Origin: Dehalococcoidia bacterium | GTDB lineage: Bacteria; Chloroflexota; Dehalococcoidia; Plut-88900 | Direction of reading: 5' to 3' | Length of the DNA stretch: 64,000 bases | NCBI GenBank assembly: GCA_965207225.1 | Contig: CBDBLV010000001.1 | Coordinates: 186,239 to 250,238, forward strand | Shown here: piece after piece, positions 47,456 through 56,289 of the stretch | Layout: every line of letters starts with the position of its first letter | How positions within the stretch are numbered: the stretch's first letter is position 1 | The notes under the pieces: model-generated | Database searches by the model: none | The model's input: only the letters and a program-made list of their open reading frames with translations | What the model was told of the DNA's origin: nothing | Position numbers and translations under genes: made by a program

Positions 47456-48837
47456 CTTTCGACGACCTCAGGCCCTACCAGAACCGGATAGCCCAGGCTG
47501 TCTTCGATAGCGTCCAGTTCCACAAGGGCCTTACCTTCTCCGTCATGGTAGCCCGCCAGGGCGGCAAGAACGAGATTTCCGCCTGGATCGAAGCCGCACT
47601 CCTTTCCGCCTATGTCCGCTCCACCGTGACCGCCATAAAGGCCGCCCCCACCTTTCATCCCCAGGCCCTCATCAGCATCTCCCGACTCGAAAAAGTCCTA
47701 CGGCGCATGGACGTCTATTACCAACTCGAACGCGGCCGTTCATTCCACGTCGGCCGCGCCCGGCAGCTATTCCTCAGCGCCCACCCCACCAGCAACGTTA
47801 TCGGCAATACCGCCAGCCTCCTCCTCGAAATCGACGAGTCTCAGGACGTCTCTCCCGATAAGTTCAACCGCGACTTCGTTCCCATGGCAGCCCATAACAA
47901 CGTCACTACCGTCCACTACGGCACCGCTTGGAGCGACCATTCCCTCCTCGAGCAGGTCAAACAGTCCAACCTCGAGATTCAACGCTCCGACGGCATCCAG
48001 CGCCACTTTGAGTTCGACTGGCAGGCCGTAGCCCAGCACAACCCTCACTATCAGCGCTTCATCGAGGCCGAACAGCAGCGCCTCGGCAGCGATCACCCCC
48101 TGTTCCTCTCCCAGTACTGCCTCACTCCCGTTTCCGACGATGGAAGGTTCCTGGACAATACCCGGCAGGCCCTCCTTAAGGGCAATCACAGCCGTTGCAG
48201 CGCACCCTTGGAAGGGCGCACCTACGTGGCCGGCATAGACCTTGCTGGCGAATCGGAAGAGCCCGCCAACCGCGGGCTAAGGGCCTCCGAGCCCTTGAGA
48301 GACTCCACTGTCGTCACCATCGGCGAACTCCGCTACCTTGACGACGGGTTCGGGTCTAAGCTTCCCACCCTTAGTGTGGTCGAGCACTTCTGGTGGACAG
48401 GTAAGCCCCACACCGAGATCTTCTCGACCCTCGTTCACATCCTTAAAAACGTGTGGGCATGCCGCAGGGTAGTAGTCGACGCTACTGGTGTCGGTGCAGG
48501 CGTCGCCGCCTTCCTGCGTAAGTCTCTGGGAACCTCCATCGTCAAACCCTTCACCTTCACCGCCAAAAGCAAATCACAGCTGGGCTTCGACCTCCTCGCC
48601 GCCATCAACTCCGCCAGGCTCCACACCTACAAGCCCGACGGCTCCCCCGAATCCACCGAGTTCTGGTCCCAAATCTCTAAAGCAAAGAGCGTAGTAAGAC
48701 CCAACCAGACCATCAACTTCTTCGTAGACCCCTCCGAAGGCCACGACGACTTCCTCTCCTCCCTCGCCCTCCTCGTCCAGGCCTCCCACTACATCCCCCG
48801 CCGCGCCACCGGCCGCCTGAGGCAAGGCTATGAATAA
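47449..48837 (+). CDS. Phage-type terminase large subunit
   Basis: LRPYQ, Walker A ARQGGKN, Walker B LLEIDESQ, YGTA, nuclease GIDLAG, VVVDATGVG, HDDFLSSLAL. Confidence 0.85.
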   Translation: MVAFDDLRPYQNRIAQAVFDSVQFHKGLTFSVMVARQGGKNEISAWIEAALLSAYVRSTVTAIKAAPTFHPQALISISRLEKVLRRMDVYYQLERGRSFHVGRARQLFLSAHPTSNVIGNTASLLLEIDESQDVSPDKFNRDFVPMAAHNNVTTVHYGTAWSDHSLLEQVKQSNLEIQRSDGIQRHFEFDWQAVAQHNPHYQRFIEAEQQRLGSDHPLFLSQYCLTPVSDDGRFLDNTRQALLKGNHSRCSAPLEGRTYVAGIDLAGESEEPANRGLRASEPLRDSTVVTIGELRYLDDGFGSKLPTLSVVEHFWWTGKPHTEIFSTLVHILKNVWACRRVVVDATGVGAGVAAFLRKSLGTSIVKPFTFTAKSKSQLGFDLLAAINSARLHTYKPDGSPESTEFWSQISKAKSVVRPNQTINFFVDPSEGHDDFLSSLALLVQASHYIPRRATGRLRQGYE

Positions 48838-48882
48838 TCCCACCCCCAAACCCTCCCTTTTCCCTTCCCCCAGTACTGAACT

Positions 48883-48968
48883 AGGGGCAGACGTTGGCGC
48901 TTCAGCGCCAACGTCTGCCCCTGTTCTTCTCTCCCCCTCTCCCTTGAAGGCCCTAAGGGAGAGGGGGA
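48883..48968. repeat. Two long hairpins after terminase (REP-like/terminator)
   Basis: AGGGGCAGACGTTGGCGC-ttca-GCGCCAACGTCTGCCCCT; CCCCCTCTCCCTT...AAGGGAGAGGGGG. Confidence 0.75.
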
Positions 48969-49105
48969 CCAAGGGGTAGAGGGTTCCCCTCGCGTACCTT
49001 AAACAATCAAAGCCGTGCCTGAAAACGCAAAACAATCATATCGCCCAAGCCCTTTCATCTGGGCTCAATTTGAACGCCACCCCGCTCGGAGACGGGTGGG
49101 TGAGA

Positions 49106-49135
49106 TTGACAGGTGGAGGGTGGGCAAACTATAAT
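49106..49135 (+). promoter_or_regulatory. Consensus sigma70 promoter of rpmH operon
   Basis: TTGACA-18nt-TATAAT. Confidence 0.8.
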
Positions 49136-49160
49136 CGGCATCCCTAAACGAGTCTGAAAC

Positions 49161-49298
49161 ATGCCTAAAAGGACATACCAACCGAAGAGGCTGCCTCGAA
49201 AGAGGAAGCACGGATTCCGGGCCCGGATGAGTACGCGCGGCGGACGATACGTAATACAGCGGCGTCGGGCGAAGGGCCGGACCAGACTGGCCGTTTAG
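49161..49298 (+). CDS. rpmH: 50S ribosomal protein L34
   Basis: Hand-translated [45 protein letters not shown]. Confidence 0.97.
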   Translation: MPKRTYQPKRLPRKRKHGFRARMSTRGGRYVIQRRRAKGRTRLAV

Positions 49299-49338
49299 GG
49301 CTTACTACTTCGAACATTAAAGAAAGGGGAGCCCGCTG

Positions 49339-49704
49339 CTGAAGGGTGCGGCCAGGGATCGGCGGCTTCGCAAGAGCCGCGATTTCGATCGGGTCCTTAG
49401 GAGGGGCAAGCGCAGGGCAAACGGGTTTCTGGTACTTGGCGCGATTCCCAACGGTCTTGAAGTCAGCAGGTCCGGATTTTCGGTGGGGAAGAGGGTGGGC
49501 AACGCCGTCCGGCGCAATCTGATGAAGCGAAGGTTGCGGCAAATCGCGGCCGAGCTGGTCGGGCATGACGGCTGGGACCTGGTCGTAATCGCCAAGAAAG
49601 AGGCCGCCGAGGCCGGATACCGGGACCTGAGGGATGCGCTGGGCCGGCTGCTCAAGTCATTCGGGCTGCTGGCCGGCCAGAAGCCGAAGGCTTTTCGAGC
49701 ATGA
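49339..49704 (+). CDS. rnpA: RNase P protein component
   Basis: [33 protein letters not shown]; needs a CTG start. Confidence 0.92.
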   Translation: MKGAARDRRLRKSRDFDRVLRRGKRRANGFLVLGAIPNGLEVSRSGFSVGKRVGNAVRRNLMKRRLRQIAAELVGHDGWDLVVIAKKEAAEAGYRDLRDALGRLLKSFGLLAGQKPKAFRA

Positions 49705-49922
49705 TCCCGAAGCGCTTTGTCCTGGGCCTGATCGGCTTCTACCGGCAGTTTCTTTCTCCGTACTATGGCCCCGGCCCCACGTGCCGATACCTCCCAACCT
49801 GCTCCGAATACGGCCAGGACGCGGTCGAAAGATACGGAGCGCTCAAGGGCGGCTGGTTGACGATCCGACGCATAGGCCGGTGCCATCCACTCTCAGCAGG
49901 CGGGTACGACCCGGTACCCTGA
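49701..49922 (+). CDS. yidD: Membrane protein insertion efficiency factor
   Basis: [10 protein letters not shown]...RIGRCHP...GGYDPVP. Confidence 0.95.
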   Translation: MIPKRFVLGLIGFYRQFLSPYYGPGPTCRYLPTCSEYGQDAVERYGALKGGWLTIRRIGRCHPLSAGGYDPVP

Positions 49923-50002
49923 AAGGCCATCTCGTTAACTCTGGTAATACACGCCCTGATGAAAGGGCGTCCGTCAACGGCGCACTGAGCCTGCCCCGAC
50001 TT

Positions 50003-51235
50003 GTGTCCGGCAGACTGCTGCTAGTCCTTTCGGTCGCTGCACTCCTGGTGCTGACGGCCTGCACCGGGGCGGGCCTGGGCATCACGTTCCAGGGGTGGGG
50101 AGGGCCGAGCCCGATAGGCAATTCCATTTATGTACCGACCAAGCGTGACTCGGACCAGGCGACCCTGCAGATCTTCGACGCGGTATCCGGGGCGCTGAAT
50201 AACAGCTTCATCGTCACCGGGGAGTCGACGGCGATCTATGGGTCGCCGGTGGCGGGGCCCGGGCTTGAGGGGCAGACGACCTTTGTGTCGGTCATATACA
50301 CGGCGGACGGGGAAGACTACAGTCGGGTGTACGCCATCGGGGCGGAGGGATTCGACAACCCGATCTGGCAGTTCCCGGAGCCGGGGTTGAACTCGGTGGG
50401 GGTGATATTTGGTGGGGTCGCATACTCGCAAGCGAGCAACACGGTCTACTTCGGCTCAGACAACGGGATGTTGTATGCCCTGGACGCGAATACGGGAGAG
50501 TCCAAGGCGGGCACTGCGGGCGGGGTCTTCTTCCCGGCGCAGAGTCCCATCTGGGGCGCACCGATGGTACAGGGCGGGGTGGTCTACTTCGGGACGATGG
50601 ACGGCAGGCTCTACGGGGTGAGTGAAAACGGGGGCAAGACCCTGGAGTTTCGGGCGGGGGGCGCCATTGCGGCGACACCGATAGTGGAAGGCGGGGTGGC
50701 CTACGTAGGCTCCTTCGACAAGAGCTTCTACGCCGTGCCGGTCAACGGGGGCCTGAATGCCAGGGAGACGTGGAAGTACACGACCAACAGCTGGATATGG
50801 GCCGACGCCCTGTTCGGGGAATCCCGAGGGCAGGACCTGATCTTCATCTCCTCGCTGGACGGGAGCGTTCAGGCGGTGGATGCGGCGTCGGGCTCACTCC
50901 TGTGGGCGGAGCCGTTTATAGCGACCGAGGGCATTCGCGGGACTCCGGCGCTGGTAAGCAAAACGGGGTCGGGCACGCAGTCCACGACCCTGTCAGACAA
51001 GGTGCTGGTGGTGGGGTCAAGGGACGGTCGGGTGTACGGGCTGGACCCGCAGACGGGGGCGCCGGCGTGGGACTCGCCGTTCAACACGCGGGAGTTGGGG
51101 GACGGCGGGGGGCAGATACTGGCGCCGGTCGGGCATCGGGGGAACACGGCGTACATAGTGACGAACAAATACGATATATTCGCAATCGATGCGAACACGG
51201 GCCAAGGGCTGGCGGGTTTCTCTCCTGCACAGTAG
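50003..51235 (+). CDS. PQQ-type beta-propeller lipoprotein
   Basis: Lipobox LTAC; repeated VYFGSDNG.LYALDA.TG..W blades; start uncertain. Confidence 0.85.
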   Translation: MSGRLLLVLSVAALLVLTACTGAGLGITFQGWGGPSPIGNSIYVPTKRDSDQATLQIFDAVSGALNNSFIVTGESTAIYGSPVAGPGLEGQTTFVSVIYTADGEDYSRVYAIGAEGFDNPIWQFPEPGLNSVGVIFGGVAYSQASNTVYFGSDNGMLYALDANTGESKAGTAGGVFFPAQSPIWGAPMVQGGVVYFGTMDGRLYGVSENGGKTLEFRAGGAIAATPIVEGGVAYVGSFDKSFYAVPVNGGLNARETWKYTTNSWIWADALFGESRGQDLIFISSLDGSVQAVDAASGSLLWAEPFIATEGIRGTPALVSKTGSGTQSTTLSDKVLVVGSRDGRVYGLDPQTGAPAWDSPFNTRELGDGGGQILAPVGHRGNTAYIVTNKYDIFAIDANTGQGLAGFSPAQ

Positions 51236-51253
51236 GAGAGTGAAAGAGCAGGC

Positions 51254-52171
51254 ATGGGCATAATCATCGACATCTGGGATGCGATTCTTCTCGGGCCCAT
51301 GCTGAATGCGCTGATATTCCTGTACGGGATACTGGCCAGCAACTTCGGGTTGAGCATAATCGCGTTCACCATCGTGGTGAGGATTGCGATGTACCCGCTG
51401 ACGCGGAAGCAGATCAACGCGAGTCGGGCGATGTCCCAGCTGCAGCCGAAGATCCAGGAGATCCGGCAGAAGTATGGCAAGGACTCGCAGAAGGTGACGC
51501 AGGAGACGATGAGGCTGTACAAGGAGGAGGGCGTCAACCCGGTCGGGTGCCTGGGGCCGATGGTCGTGCAGCTGCCGATCTGGATAGGGCTGTACCAGTC
51601 GATAATCCAGGCGCTGCCCCAGAACCCGGAGCGGCTGGTGGACCTTTCGCAGAAGCTGTATTCGTGGCTGCCGGGGGTTCACACGGCGGTGCCGCTGAAC
51701 AAGGGATTCCTGTGGTTCGATCTTTCGGAGCCGGACCCTACGAGGATCATGCTTCCGTTGCTGGTCGGGGGTTCGATGTGGGTGCAGCAGAAGATGATGG
51801 CGAACCCGTCCACGGACCCGAGGCAGATGCAGATGAACCGGATGATGCAGTGGATGATGCCCGTGATGTTCGGGTTTATCACCATCCAGTTCCCCAGCGG
51901 GCTGGCGCTTTACTGGGTGGTATCGAACGTGATTGGGATAGCATTGCAGTATCGGGCGACGGGGTGGGGTAATTTATTGCCGTCGGCGGAAGGCGGTGGT
52001 CGGACGGTAGAAGCCAGTGCAAGCAAGGGAGCCGATAGCTCAAAGGAGATGGTAGTCCATGGAGAGCCTGGAAGTGTCGGCCAAGACAGTGGAGGAGGCG
52101 ATCGACCTGGGTCTGAAACAGCTCGACGCAGATCGCGCAGAGGTCGACGTCGTCGTCGTAACAGAGGGTAG
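51254..52171 (+). CDS. yidC: Membrane protein insertase
   Basis: FGLSII, LQPKIQEI, GVNPVGCL, PSGLALYWVVSN. Confidence 0.95.
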   Translation: MGIIIDIWDAILLGPMLNALIFLYGILASNFGLSIIAFTIVVRIAMYPLTRKQINASRAMSQLQPKIQEIRQKYGKDSQKVTQETMRLYKEEGVNPVGCLGPMVVQLPIWIGLYQSIIQALPQNPERLVDLSQKLYSWLPGVHTAVPLNKGFLWFDLSEPDPTRIMLPLLVGGSMWVQQKMMANPSTDPRQMQMNRMMQWMMPVMFGFITIQFPSGLALYWVVSNVIGIALQYRATGWGNLLPSAEGGGRTVEASASKGADSSKEMVVHGEPGSVGQDSGGGDRPGSETARRRSRRGRRRRRNRG

Positions 52172-52706
52172 AGCGGGCATACTAGGTATAGGCAGTGAGC
52201 CCGCCAGAGTAAGAGTCACACCGAGAGAAAAGACCCCCGAGGCGATTTCCATAGCCCAAGAAGTCCTCGAGGAGATGTTCGACCTGATGGAGGTGGATGC
52301 GGAGGTGCGGCTGAGGACGAACAGCATCGCGGGGGAAGATCTGTCCATCGACATCATGGGAGATGACTCGGGGCTGCTGATCGGGCGGGGGGGCACGACG
52401 CTGTCCTCGCTGCAGTTCATGGTGAACTTCATCGTGAGCAAGCGGCTGACGGAGTGGACGCCGGTGAACATCGACGTGGAGGGGTACAAACAGCGCCGGT
52501 ACAAGTACCTGGAGACGCTGGCGCAGAGGCTGGCGAAGCGGGTACGGAACACGGGGAAGCCGTTCACACTGGACCCTATGCCGGCGAACGAGCGTCGGGT
52601 GATCCACATGGCGCTGGCCAGGAATTCGCAGGTGACGACGGAGAGTACGGGAGCGGGGAGCGAGCGCCGGCTTTCTATCAGGCCGGCGGGTCGGGGGAGG
52701 CGGTAG
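52059..52706 (+). CDS. jag: Jag/EloR RNA-binding protein (KH, R3H)
   Basis: AKTVEEAI, LIGRGG.TL.SLQ, PMPANERRVIH. Confidence 0.93.
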   Translation: MESLEVSAKTVEEAIDLGLKQLDADRAEVDVVVVTEGRAGILGIGSEPARVRVTPREKTPEAISIAQEVLEEMFDLMEVDAEVRLRTNSIAGEDLSIDIMGDDSGLLIGRGGTTLSSLQFMVNFIVSKRLTEWTPVNIDVEGYKQRRYKYLETLAQRLAKRVRNTGKPFTLDPMPANERRVIHMALARNSQVTTESTGAGSERRLSIRPAGRGRR

Positions 52707-52777
52707 GGGCGAAGGGGTCGGGTGGGGAGGGGTGGGTATAATGGGGAGGTGTCGCGGGTATTGTGAAAGGACGGGTT

Positions 52778-53047
52778 ATGCTCACGCACGTAAAGGCGAG
52801 ATTCTGTAACGGGGCGCTGGTGCCGCTTGAGCCGCTGGACCTGGAGGAAGGGCAGGAGGTCAGGGTGTCGGTGGAAGGGGCTCCAAGGAAGATTATAGAA
52901 GAGAAAGAAGGTCCTCTGTTGCGCATACTGCGCAAGATCCAGGAACGACAAGCGGAGTTGCCTCCGGACACTTGGGACGACCTCCCCACCGATCTAGCCA
53001 AAAACAAGAAACACTATCTCTACGGTCATCCTAAAGAAGAGGAATGA
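52778..53047 (+). CDS. AF2212/DUF104-like antitoxin
   Basis: KARFCNGALVPLEPLDLEEG...PTDLAKNKKHYLYG. Confidence 0.8.
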   Translation: MLTHVKARFCNGALVPLEPLDLEEGQEVRVSVEGAPRKIIEEKEGPLLRILRKIQERQAELPPDTWDDLPTDLAKNKKHYLYGHPKEEE

Positions 53048-53130
53048 TGCGAAGGCTCTTTGCGGATTTGGGATACTTAGGTAGCGATTATGTATCGGGT
53101 ATCCGGGTGGTCGGTTGGGACGGGAGATAG
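53044..53130 (+). pseudogene. Remnant of PIN toxin 5' end
   Basis: MMRRLFADLGY mirrors MMREIFADAGY of the intact toxin, then diverges and stops. Confidence 0.6.
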
Positions 53131-53142
53131 GAGAGACAGGAC

Positions 53143-53397
53143 ATGACTACAAGTGTGAGAGCAAGGTACTCCAATGGCGTGCTTACGCCCCTTGAGCCCC
53201 TGGACTTGGAAGAGGGTAAAGAGGTGATAGTGTCCGTTGAAGAGGCCCGTGTTACGGGCAGGGGTGCACAAGCCGTTCTGGAAATATTCGAAGAACTACA
53301 CAGATCCATTCCCCAAGTTGGATATGAGGATGCGCCAACCGACGGGGCAAGAAACCACAAACACTACTTATATGGCCGGCCCAAAGAGGAGACTTGA
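53143..53397 (+). CDS. AF2212/DUF104-like antitoxin (paralog)
   Basis: RARYSNGVLTPLEPLDLEEG...PTDGARNHKHYLYG. Confidence 0.8.
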   Translation: MTTSVRARYSNGVLTPLEPLDLEEGKEVIVSVEEARVTGRGAQAVLEIFEELHRSIPQVGYEDAPTDGARNHKHYLYGRPKEET

Positions 53398-53813
53398 TGA
53401 GGGAAATCTTCGCGGACGCGGGGTACTGGATCGCACTCTTGCACTCCGGAGACCAGCATCACGTGAAGGCAGAGGCGGTGGCGTCCGGGTTGGGGAAAGC
53501 CTTAATTGTGACGACGCAAATGGCATTGACGGAAGTGTTTAATGCGACTGCGAGGATGGGCGAGGACGCCCGACGCCATGTCATCCAGTTATCGGATGAC
53601 CTTGAAAACGACCCTAACGTTGAAGTCATCCCGCAGACTGATGATCAGTTCAGGGCGGCGGTGGAGCGATACGCTTCCCGGAGCGACCAGCGATGGAGCC
53701 TTACGGACTGCGCCAGCTTCCTGGTAATGGAAGAGCGGAAGATAAGCGAGGCCCTAGCGTACGACCGAGATTTCGAGCAAGCGGGGTTCTCGGCGCTGCT
53801 GAGGGAGATTTGA
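53394..53813 (+). CDS. vapC: PIN-domain VapC toxin
   Basis: FADAGY, DQHH, LTE, SLTDCASF, DRDFEQAGF. Confidence 0.9.
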   Translation: MMREIFADAGYWIALLHSGDQHHVKAEAVASGLGKALIVTTQMALTEVFNATARMGEDARRHVIQLSDDLENDPNVEVIPQTDDQFRAAVERYASRSDQRWSLTDCASFLVMEERKISEALAYDRDFEQAGFSALLREI

Positions 53814-53880
53814 TGGTGGGGGGATGTGGGGTTGGGGAGGCTTGGTGTGATGACAACAAATTGATCAGGAAAAATCAGAA

Positions 53881-54192
53881 ATGACACTTACGAAGAAAGT
53901 AAAGGCCCCGGTGCTGGAGAGTGCGGTGGAGACTATCAAGGGGTTGGATGGGGTAAAGAGGCTCCGCGAGCGGTTGGCCGAGACGCACGCTGTCTGGCAA
54001 CGCATAAAACAAGAGAGGGAGACCCAGCTCAAGACGTACCCCGACAAATGGGTGGCGATGAGCAAGGATGGGGTTGTGGCGGCCGACGACTCGTTGGAGG
54101 GCGTTTTTGCAAAGGTTGATGCTCAAGGAATGCGCCGCAGCGCCGTCAAGGTCAAATTCTTCGATGCGCAGCCCAAGACACTGATCCTGTGA
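53881..54192 (+). CDS. DUF5678-like small protein
   Basis: YPDKWVAM..GVVAA.DSL motif. Confidence 0.6.
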   Translation: MTLTKKVKAPVLESAVETIKGLDGVKRLRERLAETHAVWQRIKQERETQLKTYPDKWVAMSKDGVVAADDSLEGVFAKVDAQGMRRSAVKVKFFDAQPKTLIL

Positions 54193-54425
54193 TACCAGGC
54201 GGGTTTGACAGCGCCGGATGGGCTTCGAGAAGAGACCTTTGCGTGACCTGCTCACCACTGGGACACTCCCTGGAATCCGATTGACCCCCTTTGGCGGGGC
54301 TCAGGACATACTTCGGGAGCCTCAGCACGAGTGGTCCTACCACCCGCGGGATAGGTTATGCAAATGTCTCATCGTGTGCGAGACTTTGACCAGATAAACA
54401 TACTCGTCGACTTGGATATTGCTTG

Positions 54426-54881
54426 ATGTACTGCCCGACTTGCGAGTCGAGGAACTCCGATACGGCCCGGTTCTGCGGAAACTGCGGGCAGACGCTGCAG
54501 GAGCGGGCTCCTCGGGAGCAGGCACCGGGTCCAGAACCTCCGCCACCGCCACCTACCCCGGAACCACCGTATGACAGCGGGCCGGGATACAGGCCCTTCA
54601 GAGATGCGGGCGTTGCCTCTACCCGCGTCCCAAACTACCTTGTCCAGGCGATCCTGGTGACCCTGTTCTGTTGTGTGCCGTTCGGGATTGTTGCCATCGT
54701 GTATGCGGCCCAGGTGAATGGGAAGGTCGCAATGGGCGATATGGAAGGGGCGTGGCGGACGTCCCGGAGCGCGAAGAACTGGGCGTGGATTTCCTTCGGG
54801 GTGGGGCTGGTGATAACGGTAGGCTGGGTGATCCTGATCTTTGTCGGGGCTGGGGGTTCGGAGTCAGTGCTGGAGGAATGA
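54426..54881 (+). CDS. Zinc-ribbon plus CD225/dispanin protein
   Basis: CPTC..FCGNCG; PNYLVQAILVTLFCCVPFGIVAIVYAAQV. Confidence 0.88.
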   Translation: MYCPTCESRNSDTARFCGNCGQTLQERAPREQAPGPEPPPPPPTPEPPYDSGPGYRPFRDAGVASTRVPNYLVQAILVTLFCCVPFGIVAIVYAAQVNGKVAMGDMEGAWRTSRSAKNWAWISFGVGLVITVGWVILIFVGAGGSESVLEE

Positions 54882-55064
54882 ACTGTCATTATTGTCAGCA
54901 CGATGTTCACACGCTCACTCGGAGGCCTTCAGCGTGCTGCGGGTCTGGCAATGAGGAAATGTACCAGTTCCGTGCCGACTGGGTGCAGGAACCTCACGCG
55001 AAGGGATAACCTCCCGAGCTTGATTAGCAGTGGACGCATCAATGAGTCTTGAATTTGAACTCTT

Positions 55065-55763
55065 ATGGCCACAAATGACGACTATTACAAGTTCCTTGAC
55101 GTGTCTCCGACTGCCTCCCAGGAAGAGATCAGGAGCGCGTTCCGGCGGATGGCGTTCAAGTACCACCCCGACCACAACAAGGACCCGTGGGCCGAGGCTA
55201 TTTTCAAGCAGATCAACGAGGCGTACCAGGTACTCGGCAACCCAAGCAGCCGAACAGCGTACGACGCAGAAAGAAGAGCCAGGGCCCAGCGTGCGGAGGA
55301 GGCCCAGCGTGCCGCTCGCGAGAGGCAAAGGTACGGGGAAAGCTCGGGGGCGAGGGGAAGTGGATATGAGAGGGGCGGCGCGCATTCGTCGGGAATCAAT
55401 ATCTGCCCGTTCTGCGGCCAGCCCAACTACCAGGACAACAGGTTCTGCAGCAACTGCGGGAGAGAACCGGGAGGCAGGCGCTACACGGGGCGCTATGGGG
55501 GCGACGACGCAGAATCTGTGCGTCCTGTCATACCCAACTATCTCGGCAGGGCGATATTTACAACCCTGTTGTGCTTCTGGCCTGCGGGAATCGTATCCCT
55601 TGTATTCGCGGCGCGAGTCAATGGAAAAATTAGAAGTGGGGACATCCAAGGCGCTGTGCGGTCCTCCCGAAATGCAAGGATCTGGGCGTGTGTATCCTTT
55701 GGGCTGGGGATCCCATTTTTCTCATTTTCCGCACTGGGCATTCTCACCAACCTTGCCGGATAA
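55065..55763 (+). CDS. J-domain, zinc-ribbon and CD225/dispanin fusion
   Basis: KYHPD J-domain; CPFC..FCSNCG; PNYLGRAIFTTLLCFWPAGIVSLVFAARV. Confidence 0.85.
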   Translation: MATNDDYYKFLDVSPTASQEEIRSAFRRMAFKYHPDHNKDPWAEAIFKQINEAYQVLGNPSSRTAYDAERRARAQRAEEAQRAARERQRYGESSGARGSGYERGGAHSSGINICPFCGQPNYQDNRFCSNCGREPGGRRYTGRYGGDDAESVRPVIPNYLGRAIFTTLLCFWPAGIVSLVFAARVNGKIRSGDIQGAVRSSRNARIWACVSFGLGIPFFSFSALGILTNLAG

Positions 55764-55871
55764 ATGGCGTGTTAACTAAGGCCGAAACAATGCCCGTTAG
55801 TCATACAGGTACAGGATAAGGGATTGCTGACGACCGACCACCATAGATCCATAGTGGTGCAGGGGCGAAGG

Positions 55872-56270
55872 GTGTCGGAAAGGGCGCAATACGTGCTCGC
55901 CGGCGCTTTGATTCTTACGGCTGCAGCAGTGCTCTACGTCCTGGACCCACGGGAGCCGGGGAACTACCCGGTGTGCCCGTTTCTCGGGTTGACGGGGTAT
56001 CATTGCCCGGGATGCGGGACTCTGCGGGCTTTGCACCAGCTGCTTTACGGGAACCCGATGAGCGCCCTGGGGTACAACCTGCTCACCGTGTTGTCCTTGC
56101 CGTTTCTGGGCTATGCGTTTGCCGTGGGGGCACTGAGGGCTTTCCGGATACCGGCTCCGGCGTCGGTATTCATCAACTCGAAGTTGATTTGGGGACTGGT
56201 CTTCGGCATAGTGACATTCTGGGTGCTGCGCAACATTCCCGTAGAGCCTTTGCAGGCACTGGCTCCATAA
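55872..56270 (+). CDS. DUF2752 membrane protein
   Basis: CPFLGLTGYHCPGCGTLRA...YN, WVLRN; start uncertain. Confidence 0.85.
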   Translation: MSERAQYVLAGALILTAAAVLYVLDPREPGNYPVCPFLGLTGYHCPGCGTLRALHQLLYGNPMSALGYNLLTVLSLPFLGYAFAVGALRAFRIPAPASVFINSKLIWGLVFGIVTFWVLRNIPVEPLQALAP

Positions 56271-56289
56271 CAAGACTGAAAGCAGGAGA

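Noticed and set aside
46833-48837. Intact prophage
   Set aside because: No integrase, portal, capsid, tail or lysis genes; flanked by housekeeping genes
48840-49160. oriC at the skew switch
   Set aside because: No DnaA box cluster, AT-rich unwinding element or dnaA seen; cannot be fully excluded
49634-50002. Track N-terminal extension of the propeller ORF
   Set aside because: Overlaps rnpA and yidD; lipoprotein signal indicates start near 50003
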